Positions 9,992-18,747 of a stretch of 64,000 nt of DNA are shown here, piece after piece. A program made the position numbers and the translations under genes. Position 1 is the stretch's first letter. Each line of letters starts with the position of its first letter. The stretch is taken from positions 1,129-65,128 of IMG/VR virus record IMGVR_UViG_3300044724_008054; one strand, 5' to 3'. The notes under the pieces are model-generated. The model saw only the letters and a list, made by a program, of their open reading frames with translations, made no database searches and was not told the origin of the DNA. Source of the stretch: a virus. Lineage: Duplodnaviria; Caudoviricetes.

Positions 9992-10864
9992 TTATTTTTT
10001 TTCTGATGGGTCTAGGTCGTTTGTGAACTTGTCTTCTGCGGGCAGTTCTACTTCTTCACCCATTTCTTCGTCATCGAACTCTGGGTCTAGCATAGGAAGT
10101 TCACCGTCATCGTCTTTCTCGTCTGACTTGTCCTCTGCTTCTTCTTCACCGTCTTTTTCCGGTGTGTGTGGCTCTTCTTTGTTTCTGTCGTAATCCACAA
10201 AGTCTTTAGTTTTTTCACTTACTTCAGCATCTGCAATAACTTCCTCTTCTGGTGCTTCTGCCTTCTCTGCATCTGCTATGATCTCAGTAGTTTCTGGAGT
10301 TCTAATAATAAAAGCATTCTCGTTCATGTCAACTTCGTTGGCTGAGAACTTGTTGTAAAGTTCCACTAAATCTGTTGCTTCTGCTTCTTTGACGTATTCT
10401 GTGATTTCTTTTGTGAACACTTCTCTGAATGCTTTGTCATCCATGGTGGCATCTTCTTTTTCTGCCGCTTTCAATTCTGCCAGTTGTGTTTCTAGTTCTG
10501 CAATCTTGTCCAATCTTTTAACTTCTTCGTTCACTTCTTTTTTGATAGAAGTTGATATGGAATCATCTGCGTCTGATTCTGCAATCGCTTTTGTTATGAC
10601 AGATTCTGCTTTTGGTTCAGCAACGATAGACTCTACTAATTTTTCTGCTTTTTTAGAATGTTTTACTGTCTCAACATACTCCTTGATGCCTGCTAGTCTG
10701 GCAATGTCAGCCAATGAAACTTCTTTATCATCCAATACTTTTGGTGCTTGTCCAACAGATTCTATCAATGCTTGTCTTTCCTGCTCTGGAGTAACATTAT
10801 TCATAGCATTCAAACGAGCTACTAGATCCCTGAAACTTGTGTCTGCTGATTTTTTTGTTGCCAT
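9992..10864 (-). CDS. acidic scaffold/prohead-core-like protein
   Basis: Very Glu/Asp-rich, coiled-coil, DIARLAGIKE motif; TATAAATA 5 nt upstream. Confidence 0.5.
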   Translation of the reverse strand: MATKKSADTSFRDLVARLNAMNNVTPEQERQALIESVGQAPKVLDDKEVSLADIARLAGIKEYVETVKHSKKAEKLVESIVAEPKAESVITKAIAESDADDSISTSIKKEVNEEVKRLDKIAELETQLAELKAAEKEDATMDDKAFREVFTKEITEYVKEAEATDLVELYNKFSANEVDMNENAFIIRTPETTEIIADAEKAEAPEEEVIADAEVSEKTKDFVDYDRNKEEPHTPEKDGEEEAEDKSDEKDDDGELPMLDPEFDDEEMGEEVELPAEDKFTNDLDPSEKK

Positions 10865-10890
10865 ATGAGTATTTATAAATTGTTTCGTGT

Positions 10891-12855
10891 TTATTTAAGA
10901 CGTTGATTTAGGTTTATTTGCAGTTTTGACTCGTATGTCAGGCTCTCTGTCTGTATGAATTTCTCATACTTGTCCTGTAGGTATTTGACTTGATTCAGAT
11001 CCTTGCCTATGTCAAGCCTCAATTTAGCACCTTTCAGGTCTTTTTCAATTTGTGCCACTAGATTATCGTCGCCTCTCTCTTTTGCCATTTCTAGTGCTGT
11101 GTTCATTGCCTGTATTGCCGGCACACTGTTGTTGATTGCATCGTTGATTGATCCAACGCCTGCCAACCCTGCAACAAATACACCCGCCATTGCTAGGCTC
11201 TTTGCCCAGTCTTTGATTTTGCCTTCATCCAAATCCATCTCATTCACATCTGCTGTGACAGTTTGTTTTTTGTTTGCCCTCATTATCAACTGTCTAAAAA
11301 CTTGTGCCAACTTAGGATCAGCCATTATCTTTTGTATCTGTGCGGCATATGGTGCCAACTGCTTGATCTGTACCGGATCCATTCTCTGTCCTTGGGCCGC
11401 CTTGCCCAGTCCTTTTGCGACCTGTTGTGCCGATCCACCTTGTTGTCCCAACACACCCTTCATCTGATTGGCTCTCTGTGCCACTGATTTTGCTACATCC
11501 TGTTGTGGTTGTGGTTGCTTCCTGTTAACTTTTCCGGCGAAACTGTCCGCCGCAATTTTATCTATCAGTTTACCTGCCTGTTGTTGGTTGATCGGACCCT
11601 TCACGTACTGCATGTACTTCTGATCAATGCCTTGTTTCTGCAGGAATCCTTGTAATATATTTGGTGCAATCTTGTTCTTGTCTCCCCTTTGCTGTCCAAC
11701 GTATTGTGCTAATGCTGTATCTAGTTCTGCTGACTTCTTGTCCACATCAACTCTGCCTTGTAAACCTGCCGCGGTTTTCTTCATTCCAACAGCACCTGCC
11801 GCCTTGGCACCTAACTTTCTTGCCCCAGTACCGAATGCTTTTTTAATACTGTCCAACGGTCCTTCGTTTGTCTCTTTCCTGTTCTCTTTGGCTATCTCTT
11901 TCTCAACTTCGTTTACTCTTTTCTTTAATATTCTCATCATGCCTGGTTTTGTGTCAACATCTTCCGCCCTGCATTTCCTCTCCAAGATCTCGTCTAGATG
12001 TTTCTGTATTATTCCTGCGTGTTTCTGCATCAATGAACTGTCTAGTTCTTCCCTGTATGGATTTAACTTCTGGTAGTCTTCGTAGTGGTAAACTGCTTGT
12101 AGGTAGTCCGCCGCTAGGTTCAGTTTGGTCTGCACCCAACCCTCAAGGTCATCACCTTTTTTGATCATGTCCAGTAGTTCTATTGACATCTTGGCAGTCT
12201 GGTACAACTGGCTTTTGCTCATGTGTCCCTCGCCCGCGTCCTCTGAAACTGATTCCGTGCTGTTGAATGCTTTCTTGAACTCCGGAGAGTTTACTATGTT
12301 CTGTGCGTATTTGATTGTGTCTGCTGTTGGTTTAAATTTTAAAGTGTCTCCTATATAGCCTGCCTTTTCAATATCAGCCATATGATCTCTGATCGCTCCC
12401 GTGACTTCTCCTCCGATTGTGTCATCTGCCCTTGCGTTTGCATCTAGGTCATTAAGTGGTCTTCCATCATCCATGTCATCGTAATAACTGTCCCAAGCCG
12501 GTATATCTATAGGTTGTCCTTTCGCCAATCGCATAAGTTCAAGTCCATGGTCTTCTACTTTTTCGTTAGACCACGCCTCCGCATCAAAGTCCGCGTCTTC
12601 GGTCATGCCCGCGTCATCGTAGGTGCCCGCCTTTTCGCCAGCGGTGTAACCGTGTACACTTTTCACGTAGTTTGATGCCAGGTCGATCTTCTTGGCCACC
12701 CATGCCTCCATCTCCTGGTCGTCCTTGATCATGTTGTGTATCTTGATCGCGTGTGTGCCTATCTTCAGCAGTTGGTTCAGTGCCATGCCGGCCTCGTAGG
12801 TGTCCGGTTTCACTTCCGGTTTCTGCATGAGTTCGTGGATGTCCTCGAACTTCAT
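10891..12855 (-). CDS. modular polyprotein with a duplicated helical domain, putative internal head protein
   Basis: MKFEDIHE leader; two copies of the domain (EAGMALNQL...EAWVAKKIDLASNY / EGHMSKSQL...EGWVQTKLNLAADY); ESVSEDAG boundary. Confidence 0.7.
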   Translation of the reverse strand: MKFEDIHELMQKPEVKPDTYEAGMALNQLLKIGTHAIKIHNMIKDDQEMEAWVAKKIDLASNYVKSVHGYTAGEKAGTYDDAGMTEDADFDAEAWSNEKVEDHGLELMRLAKGQPIDIPAWDSYYDDMDDGRPLNDLDANARADDTIGGEVTGAIRDHMADIEKAGYIGDTLKFKPTADTIKYAQNIVNSPEFKKAFNSTESVSEDAGEGHMSKSQLYQTAKMSIELLDMIKKGDDLEGWVQTKLNLAADYLQAVYHYEDYQKLNPYREELDSSLMQKHAGIIQKHLDEILERKCRAEDVDTKPGMMRILKKRVNEVEKEIAKENRKETNEGPLDSIKKAFGTGARKLGAKAAGAVGMKKTAAGLQGRVDVDKKSAELDTALAQYVGQQRGDKNKIAPNILQGFLQKQGIDQKYMQYVKGPINQQQAGKLIDKIAADSFAGKVNRKQPQPQQDVAKSVAQRANQMKGVLGQQGGSAQQVAKGLGKAAQGQRMDPVQIKQLAPYAAQIQKIMADPKLAQVFRQLIMRANKKQTVTADVNEMDLDEGKIKDWAKSLAMAGVFVAGLAGVGSINDAINNSVPAIQAMNTALEMAKERGDDNLVAQIEKDLKGAKLRLDIGKDLNQVKYLQDKYEKFIQTESLTYESKLQINLNQRLK

Positions 12856-12856
12856 C

Positions 12857-13486
12857 CTAGTTGAATCCCACGTGTGTTATTTCTGGATGTTCTTTCTTGA
12901 ATCTTGTGGCTTCTTGGTGTACCGCTTCCACGTTGTCGTACTCCACAGAATCTTTGTCCTGTGCGTTGATGCGTAGGAAGGCGTCCGTGGCCTTTAGGAA
13001 TTCGTCAATTGGGTATGGACTGGTGTTCTCGAAATCTCTTTCAAGTCCCAGTGATCCCAGTATTGATCTAGCCGTCACGTTGCTGACGTGTCCTATGTTG
13101 AACTTCATGCCCTTGGGATATGACCAATAGCCCTTTTCCTTGTCCTTGTAGTAGCCGTAGAAGTCAGCGCCTTCGTTTATCTCTGAATCTGCAAGATCTT
13201 TAACAGGTTCCATGGTAGAGAAGTAACCTTCCTGGTCACCATACATCTTCCTGAAAGTTTCTGGATCTTTCTTTGAAATAACTTTCATCACATACTCCCT
13301 TGGAGATGTGTCAGCATAGTATAGATGTTGTGCCAGTGATTTCAACTTTCCAGCGTCCAACAACTCAGCGGACTTCTTGAACATGTCATAGTCCATGCTG
13401 TCTGAACCAATCTCATCAGCGTATCTGCTGATCGTTCTTGATGCTAACGTTGATCCTTTGTCTTCTTTAAATTCGTGGAATCTCAT
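12857..13486 (-). CDS. hypothetical protein with capsid-targeting-like leader
   Basis: MRFHEFKE start; ATAAATA 8 nt upstream. Confidence 0.65.
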   Translation of the reverse strand: MRFHEFKEDKGSTLASRTISRYADEIGSDSMDYDMFKKSAELLDAGKLKSLAQHLYYADTSPREYVMKVISKKDPETFRKMYGDQEGYFSTMEPVKDLADSEINEGADFYGYYKDKEKGYWSYPKGMKFNIGHVSNVTARSILGSLGLERDFENTSPYPIDEFLKATDAFLRINAQDKDSVEYDNVEAVHQEATRFKKEHPEITHVGFN

Positions 13487-13497
13487 AGTGTCAGTAT

Positions 13498-13671
13498 TTA
13501 TGCTTGGCAGGCGTCACATCTACACTGCCGACACACCTCTATGTCGTACTCGAAATATCCGTCTACAGGGTAGTGTTTTTCTTTCCTTTTGCACTCCTTG
13601 CCGCAGTGTGAGTCGCAACCGCAGTTCTTACACTTGATTGCCCATTCCTCTTTTAGAACCAGTGTGCTCAT
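13498..13671 (-). CDS. small Cys-rich metal-binding protein (57 aa)
   Basis: Not in track. MSTLVLKEEWAIKCKNCGCDSHCGKECKRKEKHYPVDGYFEYDIEVCRQCRCDACQA; TAATG overlap with upstream gene; fills the gap exactly. Confidence 0.7.
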   Translation of the reverse strand: MSTLVLKEEWAIKCKNCGCDSHCGKECKRKEKHYPVDGYFEYDIEVCRQCRCDACQA

Positions 13672-13943
13672 TATCTTCTTATACCCGGTCCACCGAACAG
13701 GCTCACGCCTGGAAGTGCGTGTGCACCTTTGGCTGTGCCATTTGGGTTCTTGTGTTGTACTATTTTGGGCAACTTAGGTGCTTTTGTGCCTGACTTACCA
13801 GGGGTGCCTGTGTATGATTTCTTGAATCTGTCTCTGCCTATCGCTATGTGTGGTGATACTACTGATGCTATGTTGCCCGAACTTGTGGCACCTGCGGTTG
13901 CATTCTCTTGTATTCTCTTGATGATTACTTCGTTGATTTTCAT
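13671..13943 (-). CDS. small basic protein with capsid-targeting-like leader
   Basis: MKINEVIIKRIQE then NATAGATSSGNIA; ATAAATA 8 nt upstream. Confidence 0.65.
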   Translation of the reverse strand: MKINEVIIKRIQENATAGATSSGNIASVVSPHIAIGRDRFKKSYTGTPGKSGTKAPKLPKIVQHKNPNGTAKGAHALPGVSLFGGPGIRR

Positions 13944-13950
13944 TCTATTG

Positions 13951-14742
13951 TTATTTATTCAGTCCTGCCTTCAGCATATAAGTTAAAAATACAGGACACA
14001 TGAAGCAGTACAGTTCGTTTAAGAAGCGATCACTGACGTTCTTGGGTCTTATGACTTTTATGCCATTCCAATCAGTCAGATAGTATTCATAACAGAACGA
14101 ATCTCCCATGGTCAGCATATTGCCAACGAAATCTTCTTTTCCGTCCTGGACCCAATCGTCTTTTTCAGCATCATATTTTGTTTGATTCCGGAGACCAGGC
14201 CAACTCCAATCTTGCACGGTGTCATGATCATAAGGGCTCGATCTTCCATGATTACGGCCAAGTACATCAGGCAGTTCCTTGTCCACAAGACTTATGTCCT
14301 CGAAATATTTCTTAGGTAGTAGTGCTACCATGTCAAACTGGAAAGACGAGGCCTTTGACATAAATCCGTTTGTGTAGTTGTTGTTGTTATGATTGATCAC
14401 ATTCAGCGTTAATTTGTTTTTGAGCATACTGTCGTCTATCTCAAATGTGAAAACTTTTTCGCACACTGACCACTTGTCGTCCCAGTGTTTCCATTTGCCA
14501 TACTTTGGAAATTTGCACTCCCACCTACTCGTTCCCCAACCGGATTTTGATTTTGCTACTTCCCTAGGCCAGAGCTCAGAGAGCTCAGCGTTATGATACG
14601 GATGCACCAACTCACCGTTCTTTCGACCTATCGACTCATGCAACTCAATGCTGTCTATGAGCAGATCATCAGCGAACAGTTCTATGATAGCAGGTTTCTT
14701 GTAGTGTTTGTATTCGAATGCCAGCAATAGAATGTACTTCAT
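13951..14742 (-). CDS. hypothetical protein
   Basis: Long ORF; likely start MKYILL at 14742, after the upstream stop. Confidence 0.65.
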   Translation of the reverse strand: MKYILLLAFEYKHYKKPAIIELFADDLLIDSIELHESIGRKNGELVHPYHNAELSELWPREVAKSKSGWGTSRWECKFPKYGKWKHWDDKWSVCEKVFTFEIDDSMLKNKLTLNVINHNNNNYTNGFMSKASSFQFDMVALLPKKYFEDISLVDKELPDVLGRNHGRSSPYDHDTVQDWSWPGLRNQTKYDAEKDDWVQDGKEDFVGNMLTMGDSFCYEYYLTDWNGIKVIRPKNVSDRFLNELYCFMCPVFLTYMLKAGLNK

Positions 14743-14756
14743 AGTACATGTAATTA

Positions 14757-15500
14757 TTATTTCTTTTTTCTTCCGGATTTCATGTTGGCACACCAGTGAT
14801 ACATCTTTGCACGTTCACCTGATGCTTTTTTGGCCTTGCTTCTCAATGACGTGACAGAGCCGTTGCAACTGGCACCTGAACGTTTCACACGTCCGGGTCT
14901 GCTCTTGCCCTTCTTCTTGCCATCCGCGAAGTTCTCATTAAACTCTCTCCAGTCCAACTTCAATTTCTTCACGTTCATGTACTGGCCGCCTACAGGAACA
15001 TCTTTAGTTGCGTTCTGTTTTGTTACTATGCCAACACCTGCAGTTTCTTCTATGTCTTGTGGTGGAACAATTTTTGCCTTTATGGAACTGGCACCTGCTT
15101 TCCTTTGCCCCCAGAAACGATGATGTCCGTCTATAACTTGATAACCGTTTTTGTGTTTCCTTGCAAGTATGGGTGGCATAGGTTGTTTATTTTGCACAGC
15201 CTTTGCGATTTGATTCACTTTTTCTATGCTCTTAGGATCACTCATTTTGTCTTCTGGCTCAAATCCAATCAATTGTTTGATAGGAACATTCATAACTGGT
15301 AAGCCACTTGAATTATATTTTTCTACACCAACTGCACCAAAATATTTTGGATCTGTTGATAGTTTAATTTTGTTTTCGTTTGCTTTGTTGTTGCTATGAT
15401 TTTTAAAACCAAATCTGTTGTTTGGGCCTGTTCCGGGTTTGTGTATGAGACCCATTGTGTCTGCCGTGTGTGGCATTATTATGAATTCTCGTATCTTCAT
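14757..15500 (-). CDS. ParB/Srx-like domain protein with leader and basic C-terminal module
   Basis: PPILARKHKNGYQVIDGHHRF; MKIREFII start; C-terminal Cys/Lys-rich module. Confidence 0.7.
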   Translation of the reverse strand: MKIREFIIMPHTADTMGLIHKPGTGPNNRFGFKNHSNNKANENKIKLSTDPKYFGAVGVEKYNSSGLPVMNVPIKQLIGFEPEDKMSDPKSIEKVNQIAKAVQNKQPMPPILARKHKNGYQVIDGHHRFWGQRKAGASSIKAKIVPPQDIEETAGVGIVTKQNATKDVPVGGQYMNVKKLKLDWREFNENFADGKKKGKSRPGRVKRSGASCNGSVTSLRSKAKKASGERAKMYHWCANMKSGRKKK

Positions 15501-15724
15501 TTTTTCTTCCCCGCACAGTGGGCCTTCTGTGAGAACCCTTTTGGATTGTTACAATTAATACTTTTTTTGTATTTCTTTGACCAGCCTTCCACCCTGTAAG
15601 GATACGCCATCATGGAGTGATACCCCATTCTTCTTTTACCGGTCATTCTCTTCTCAATCTTTTTCAGTTGAGTGAGTACGTCCGGGTGTACGTATTTTGT
15701 AGCAAGTACCTCCCTGATCTTCAT
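15497..15724 (-). CDS. small basic protein with leader
   Basis: MKIREVLA...E-GWSKKYKKSINCNNPKGFSQKAHCAGKKK. Confidence 0.6.
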   Translation of the reverse strand: MKIREVLATKYVHPDVLTQLKKIEKRMTGKRRMGYHSMMAYPYRVEGWSKKYKKSINCNNPKGFSQKAHCAGKKK

Positions 15725-15725
15725 G

Positions 15726-15911
15726 TTACAGATCTTTCAGTGCTTCAAGTTTGTCTATTGCGTCTGCGAGTGCTTCAAGTTTCTTTTCTGCTGTAACCGT
15801 ATAGTCGATGTGTTCTGCAACACCGATTGGGTTTGCCAGGAAAGTCCTTAGATCTGCCTTTGCAACTTCTACGTCACCTTCGAGTTTTTTAACAAGTGCT
15901 TCTTTTATCAT
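15726..15911 (-). CDS. small coiled-coil hypothetical protein
   Basis: 61 aa; ATAAATA 5 nt upstream. Confidence 0.6.
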   Translation of the reverse strand: MIKEALVKKLEGDVEVAKADLRTFLANPIGVAEHIDYTVTAEKKLEALADAIDKLEALKDL

Positions 15912-15919
15912 ACTGCTAT

Positions 15920-16528
15920 TTATTTGTCAGTTTTGTTGACGTCTATAGTTCCGTGTCTTCCGTCCTTGGCCGGATTACCGTCTTTTAAAATCTGTGCCCA
16001 TGTGACCATGTTGATGGCACAATTTTTTACCTGATCGACTGTGTCATCGTCCTGCGTTATTTCGTCCATTCCCTGTGCTTTTGATTCGACGTTGCAGTTT
16101 GGTGGGATAGTCAATCCAAAGTTGGAAGCGAAAGAATATAAATTCCCATGTATCTTCTGGAATCCGTCACCGCCACCCGATACCAGTGATCCAAATACTT
16201 TGTTGTAGAAAGGCTGATGTTTGTTTTCTTTGGACCAGTTGTATATGGGATCCATTCTTTCCATCAAGCCTTGTATGTGACAACTGTGTCCACTCCACCA
16301 TATGGGTGTTGCGAATACCACACCGTCTGCCTTGAATATCTTCATTATCTCTGGTTTGAGCTCATCGTCGATGTCCGCGGTCGAGCCCTCATAGTTTAAG
16401 TCACGAAGTGTGATGATCTCACAATCCTGTCCTAGTTTTTCAAAAGCCAACTGCAACATCTTACACACTGCGAACGTGTTTGACTCTGCATCAGGCTTCA
16501 GACTGCCATTGAATATTAAGAACTTCAT
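15920..16528 (-). CDS. NADPH-dependent FMN reductase / flavodoxin-like protein
   Basis: FLIFNGSL, DGVVFATPIWW, NKVFGSLVSGG; start moved to the ATGA overlap at 16528. Confidence 0.8.
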   Translation of the reverse strand: MKFLIFNGSLKPDAESNTFAVCKMLQLAFEKLGQDCEIITLRDLNYEGSTADIDDELKPEIMKIFKADGVVFATPIWWSGHSCHIQGLMERMDPIYNWSKENKHQPFYNKVFGSLVSGGGDGFQKIHGNLYSFASNFGLTIPPNCNVESKAQGMDEITQDDDTVDQVKNCAINMVTWAQILKDGNPAKDGRHGTIDVNKTDK

Positions 16529-17202
16529 TTTTTCTTTGCCTTGTTGTGTGCCGCCCACGCAATGGCGTAGGGTGCTGATTTATCTTTCTTGAATTTTTTC
16601 TTCAGTCCTTTGACCATCTTCTCCTTGCCCGGAGGAGCAACTTCTGTCATGTCTTCTGATCTGGTCACGATCACACCACAGGCCAATCTTTCACCTGCGT
16701 TTCCTGTTTTCAAACTTTCTGCGTCTCCGCCCTTGCCTAGGTCATCTTCGTCTTCATGCACCACGAATCCTCTACCTATAACGGAACGTTCTCCGATCAA
16801 GTCAACCCTCTTTGCTTCGATGGTAAACTTCGCTATACCAGATTCATCTGCTGTGATGTTGCCAAGGTCACCTACGTGTCCTTCGTTGATGTCTCCATGG
16901 TCTGCTCCATCTGGATTATAATGTCCGCCCATGCTCTTGCAACCATCACTCATGTCTCCAAACTCGTGTATGTGGAATCCGTGCAATCCAGGTTCCAGTC
17001 CTGTGATTGTGCCTTTGATGAGAGTAGGTGTATTTGGTGCCTGCATAAGCAATATAGTGCCCTTTACAGCGTCAGAATGTTCAAGTGTGCATTGTGCTAC
17101 CACTGTCTGTTCTGCTTCTGTTATCGTGCTGATTTGTTCACAAGTGCATTCTTTTGCTCTTGTTCTAGGACATTTCGTTTCTGTGAATTCTAAGGCTCGC
17201 AT
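16525..17202 (-). CDS. sodC: Cu/Zn superoxide dismutase with N-terminal leader and basic C-terminal module
   Basis: HGFHIHEFGD, GGHYNP, HVGDLGNI, GRGFVVH, GNAGERLACGVI. Confidence 0.92.
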   Translation of the reverse strand: MRALEFTETKCPRTRAKECTCEQISTITEAEQTVVAQCTLEHSDAVKGTILLMQAPNTPTLIKGTITGLEPGLHGFHIHEFGDMSDGCKSMGGHYNPDGADHGDINEGHVGDLGNITADESGIAKFTIEAKRVDLIGERSVIGRGFVVHEDEDDLGKGGDAESLKTGNAGERLACGVIVTRSEDMTEVAPPGKEKMVKGLKKKFKKDKSAPYAIAWAAHNKAKKK

Positions 17203-17213
17203 GTTGCGAGTAT

Positions 17214-17420
17214 TTATTTGTTTTTGGGTATTGGGTTCTCACCAGTGAGTTTAGGCTGTGCGAACCACAGTTTGAACCACTCGGGTGTACCCGCTTTTAT
17301 GTTGTGTTTTCGCTGATACTCTGCTTTTGCAGTGCCGATGTAGGAAAGATTTTCACCCATGGAATCTTCTTTGGGCAGATTATCTATACCTGCTAATCTT
17401 TTTAATTCTTCAATGTCCAC
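17214..17420 (-). CDS. small hypothetical protein
   Basis: GTG start directly after the upstream stop; ELKRLAGI motif. Confidence 0.6.
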   Translation of the reverse strand: MDIEELKRLAGIDNLPKEDSMGENLSYIGTAKAEYQRKHNIKAGTPEWFKLWFAQPKLTGENPIPKNK

Positions 17421-17600
17421 TTATATTGTCCAGTTTTTTAATTGTTCTTTTGTAGGTTTATGTGCTTTGACTTTCTCAACCTTGCCACCCTTTGCCAGAA
17501 AAGCCTTCATCTTGTCGTCTAATTCTCTTTGTTTTTCCTGTGGTGTTTTCTCTATGTCTCCAGACGCATATGGTCTATTGATTCCGCTAAACTTTGGCAT
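17421..17600 (-). CDS. SutA-like RNA polymerase-binding domain protein (59 aa)
   Basis: Not in track. MPKFSGINRPYASGDIEKTPQEKQRELDDKMKAFLAKGGKVEKVKAHKPTKEQLKNWTI; the M-x-x-FL-x-x-GG-K-V core resembles SutA. Confidence 0.5.
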   Translation of the reverse strand: MPKFSGINRPYASGDIEKTPQEKQRELDDKMKAFLAKGGKVEKVKAHKPTKEQLKNWTI

Positions 17601-18747
17601 AGTCTTCTAATCCTTTCTTGACTTTTTCTAGTGAGTCTCTGTTTGCTTGATATAGTATTCCGTAACCTCCGGCCGCCTGCCACTTCTGTATGTTGACTGG
17701 TCTGTCATCGATCAGTATGTTTGGTGTACCTGTGCCTTTGTCTTTGGCATAAGATTCTTTTCTACCTGTCACTATTATTTCATCTGGTTGTTCTATGTTG
17801 TTTGATATCCAAACTTTTTTATACTTGGCACTGTTCTCATGATCTCCTCTCAACGGAGAAGTGTTAATGCTGAACTTTCCGCCTGTGAATTTCTTGACCA
17901 TATCGATCAGTGCGTCTGCTGTTGGAAACTTTGGCAACACTGCAAAGAAATCAGTACCTGTGATTCTGTCAATCACTTGTTTTTTCAAATCTTTTGTTTT
18001 GTCGTTCGTCAGTTCCTTCCAGTGTTCGACACCATAAAGGAATTCCACACCACCGAAGAAGTCTGCTAGGACTCCGTCCATGTCAAGATATACAATTGGT
18101 TTACCATCTGTCATATCTTCATTATACAACTTTTTGTTGTTTTCGTCAATCTGCTCCGCAAGTCTATCTTGTAGTATACTGTACAATTTTTTACCAGTGT
18201 TTCCACCCATTATCACTTTGCTGAATTCATGTTCTTGTCCTTTGTTCGCAAGTTCTCTGGCCTTGGATGCCGAGGCACCTGAGGCACCTTCCTGGTCTGG
18301 ATCCCTTTCGCCAGCACTCACAACATCAATGGAATCAAACTTGTATTCGACATTACCGGCCTTGGTTGGTTTACCATTGTATTGATTCAATAGTTTCTGG
18401 AATTCCATTACCCTGTCCGAGCCAGCGATCATGACAATTCTTGTCCGGCCTTCTGCCTGGATCTTCTGTAATGCCTGTATGATTGTTTTGACACCAGCAT
18501 CTCCTATTGCCAGTTGAGGATAGAACATTTTCATGTAATCCTGCTTTTCTTTGAAAGTCAAAGGATCTTTTTTATTGTTTTGTGTGTGTGTTAAAAATAC
18601 ATAACCTTTTCCATTAACTTGTTTAGTCATGGAAATGACTTTGTCTAGTAATTTCTGGTGTCCTATTGTGGGTGGATTGAATCGGCCAAAGGCAAAGACT
18701 GCTGTTGCTCGATCGTCCTCCCTAAGAAACAGTTCCCTGAGGTACAT
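17587..18747 (-). CDS. cytidyltransferase-like (HIGH) domain fused to a HAD 5'(3')-nucleotidase-like domain
   Basis: FGRFNPPTIGH and AGSDR in the N-half; YLDMDGVLADF and ILIDDR in the C-half; leader MYLRELFLRE. Confidence 0.8.
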   Translation of the reverse strand: MYLRELFLREDDRATAVFAFGRFNPPTIGHQKLLDKVISMTKQVNGKGYVFLTHTQNNKKDPLTFKEKQDYMKMFYPQLAIGDAGVKTIIQALQKIQAEGRTRIVMIAGSDRVMEFQKLLNQYNGKPTKAGNVEYKFDSIDVVSAGERDPDQEGASGASASKARELANKGQEHEFSKVIMGGNTGKKLYSILQDRLAEQIDENNKKLYNEDMTDGKPIVYLDMDGVLADFFGGVEFLYGVEHWKELTNDKTKDLKKQVIDRITGTDFFAVLPKFPTADALIDMVKKFTGGKFSINTSPLRGDHENSAKYKKVWISNNIEQPDEIIVTGRKESYAKDKGTGTPNILIDDRPVNIQKWQAAGGYGILYQANRDSLEKVKKGLEDYAKV

